From assembly GCF_004010195.1 (NCBI RefSeq), contig NC_057751.1:8422404-8445435 (forward strand): a stretch of DNA of 23,032 nucleotides. Direction: 5' to 3'. The stretch comes from Chiloscyllium plagiosum (lineage: Eukaryota). The notes beneath the pieces were generated by a model that worked only from the letters and a program-made list of their open reading frames with translations, ran no database searches and was not told the DNA's origin. Below, piece after piece: positions 21,496-23,032 of the stretch (positions are counted from its first letter, which is position 1; each line of letters begins with the position of its first letter). Made by a program: the position numbers and the translations under genes.

Positions 21496-22165
21496 TACAT
21501 GAGATTGCAGCACCTGACCCTTCCCTGCTCCAAACTCACAAATACACTGATCAAACACTCAGAGTCTTACAGGCTGTACCGTAGGACTGGAAATAAGCTG
21601 AGGCTTGTTATTTTCTTCTACATATGATTATATAGGAAGGTACTACTTGCAATAGCAGATCAGTGTTTCTGTAAACCTTCAATATTCACAGTCATTACAG
21701 GGTTTTCCATATTGCAACAGATGCCAGCCAATGGTTGAATAAGCTCTTTGCATTTATTGCCTGATATTCCTGCTTTCAAAAATTGCTTCCCTGTTAAATT
21801 AGAGTTTTGAAATAAGCATCTGATAACAGGCAAATCCAATTATTTTCAGGAGATGGTGCATGTAACAGATATATATTGGATCATTCCAACTAAGAAAACA
21901 CTGCAATTGGAATTTTTTAAATGTTTTTTATCTTTAATTGTAATTAAATACTGATCAGGGGAAATTGCTGCAATCGAATAGAGACTTGATATTAAACTCA
22001 GAGCATTTATAGTCAGCTTTAATTGTGTTTAACTCTATCATGGGTGAAATAGTTAAGCTTCATGCAAGCACAGTGTGGTGTGAAGCAATTTGCATCACCA
22101 TTAGAGCTCTGTGCAAACATTCTATTAATCTATTTCTTCATGCCTTCTACTGTATATTGGTATTT

Positions 22166-22268
22166 CACAATTTTGAGGAAGGGTCAATCAACCAGAAACG
22201 TTAACTCTGATTTCTCTCTGCAGATGCTGCTGGACCTGCTGCAATTTCTGTTTTTGTTGTTGATATTT
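22166..22268 (+). mobile_element. Solo terminal fragment of a second PLE family with a decayed hammerhead
   Basis: ttttgaggaagggtcaatcaaccagaaacgttaactc followed by gatgctgc..gacctgctg, the same downstream motif as gatgctgcctgacctgctg in the 7365-8305 element. Confidence 0.7.
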
Positions 22269-22752
22269 GACAGGTTTGGCGGAGTGTCAATGTTTGTGTA
22301 GATGGTAGTGAAAGTGGTGATTTTAAGCCCAGGATTCAGAGACATAAAAAGAAAAGGAGAATAGTTTTAACTTCCTAATTTGAAAATATTATCCAACAAC
22401 TGCAACCTGAAGGAATGCACCTCCACACTTGTAAAAATAAATTTTCAACGCCGGGGAATTTGCTTAAGCTAATTAAGAAGAGACCATGTGAAGATCTAAG
22501 ACCTCTCAAGAGGGGCCTCTTGGTTCAAGATCAGTCAAAGAATTCAAAAAGCAAGGATCATTAGTTTATTGAATTAAGATACCTTGACGCAATTCTATCC
22601 AGCAACACAAAGATTGAAACTTCTGTGTTCCGTGGTGAAGTTGCGCAATTACATTTGAAAATTACACATTATTTATATGTTTTTTAAGAAATAGTACAGC
22701 CTCAATTACAAGAAAGACCAATCATATATAATAAGTTGACATGATTTACAGC

Positions 22753-23032
22753 AAGCTGAAAATGTGTTGCTGGAAAAGCGCAGCAGGTCAGGCCGCATCC
22801 AAGGAGCAGGAGAATACACATTTCGGGCATGAGCCCTTCTTCTGGAATGAGGAAAGTGTGTCCAGCAGGCTAAAATAAAAGGTAGGGAGGAGGGACTTGG
22901 GGAAGGGGCACTGGAAATGCGATAGGTGGAAGGAGGTTAAGGTGAGGGTGATAGGCCGGAGTGGGGGTGGGGGCGGAGAGGTCAGGAAGAAGATTGCAGG
23001 TTAGGAAGGTGGTGCTGAGTTCAAGGGTTGGG
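22753..23032 (-). mobile_element. 3' terminus of a Penelope-like element related to 7365-8305, continuing beyond the window
   Basis: ttgctggaa.agc.cagcaggtcagg...tttcgggca...gcccttcttc.ggaatgag...ataaaaggtagggaggagggacttgg aligns to ~7395-7577. Confidence 0.93.

Overview
Eukaryotic, repeat-rich, apparently intronic or intergenic DNA. The repeat families (HER1-type CR1 LINEs with a (CTATGACT)n tail, HE1 V-SINEs, Deu-type SINE remnants, Penelope-like elements) point to a shark genome, probably a carpet/bamboo shark; this is inference from recalled consensus sequences. No intact host gene is identifiable, and the recognisable long ORFs are retrotransposon remnants. The best find is a young-looking Penelope-like (GIY-YIG) insertion at 7365-8305 (- strand). 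It has a perfect 12-bp target-site duplication and an intact minimal type I hammerhead ribozyme (7456-7491); two decayed hammerhead copies lie at ~22.2 kb and ~22.8 kb. PLE hammerheads are a known phenomenon, so this is a new instance, not a new system. Also seen: an inverted, locally templated duplication of a CR1 junction (10713-10919 / 11238-11446), a 149-bp direct duplication (8851-8999 / 9288-9436), SINE-LINE pairs with shared tails, a CRE/RORE/double AP-1 motif cluster (16658-16764), and candidate minus-strand exons of an unidentified gene. Boundaries of old repeats are approximate and family names were not checked against a database.
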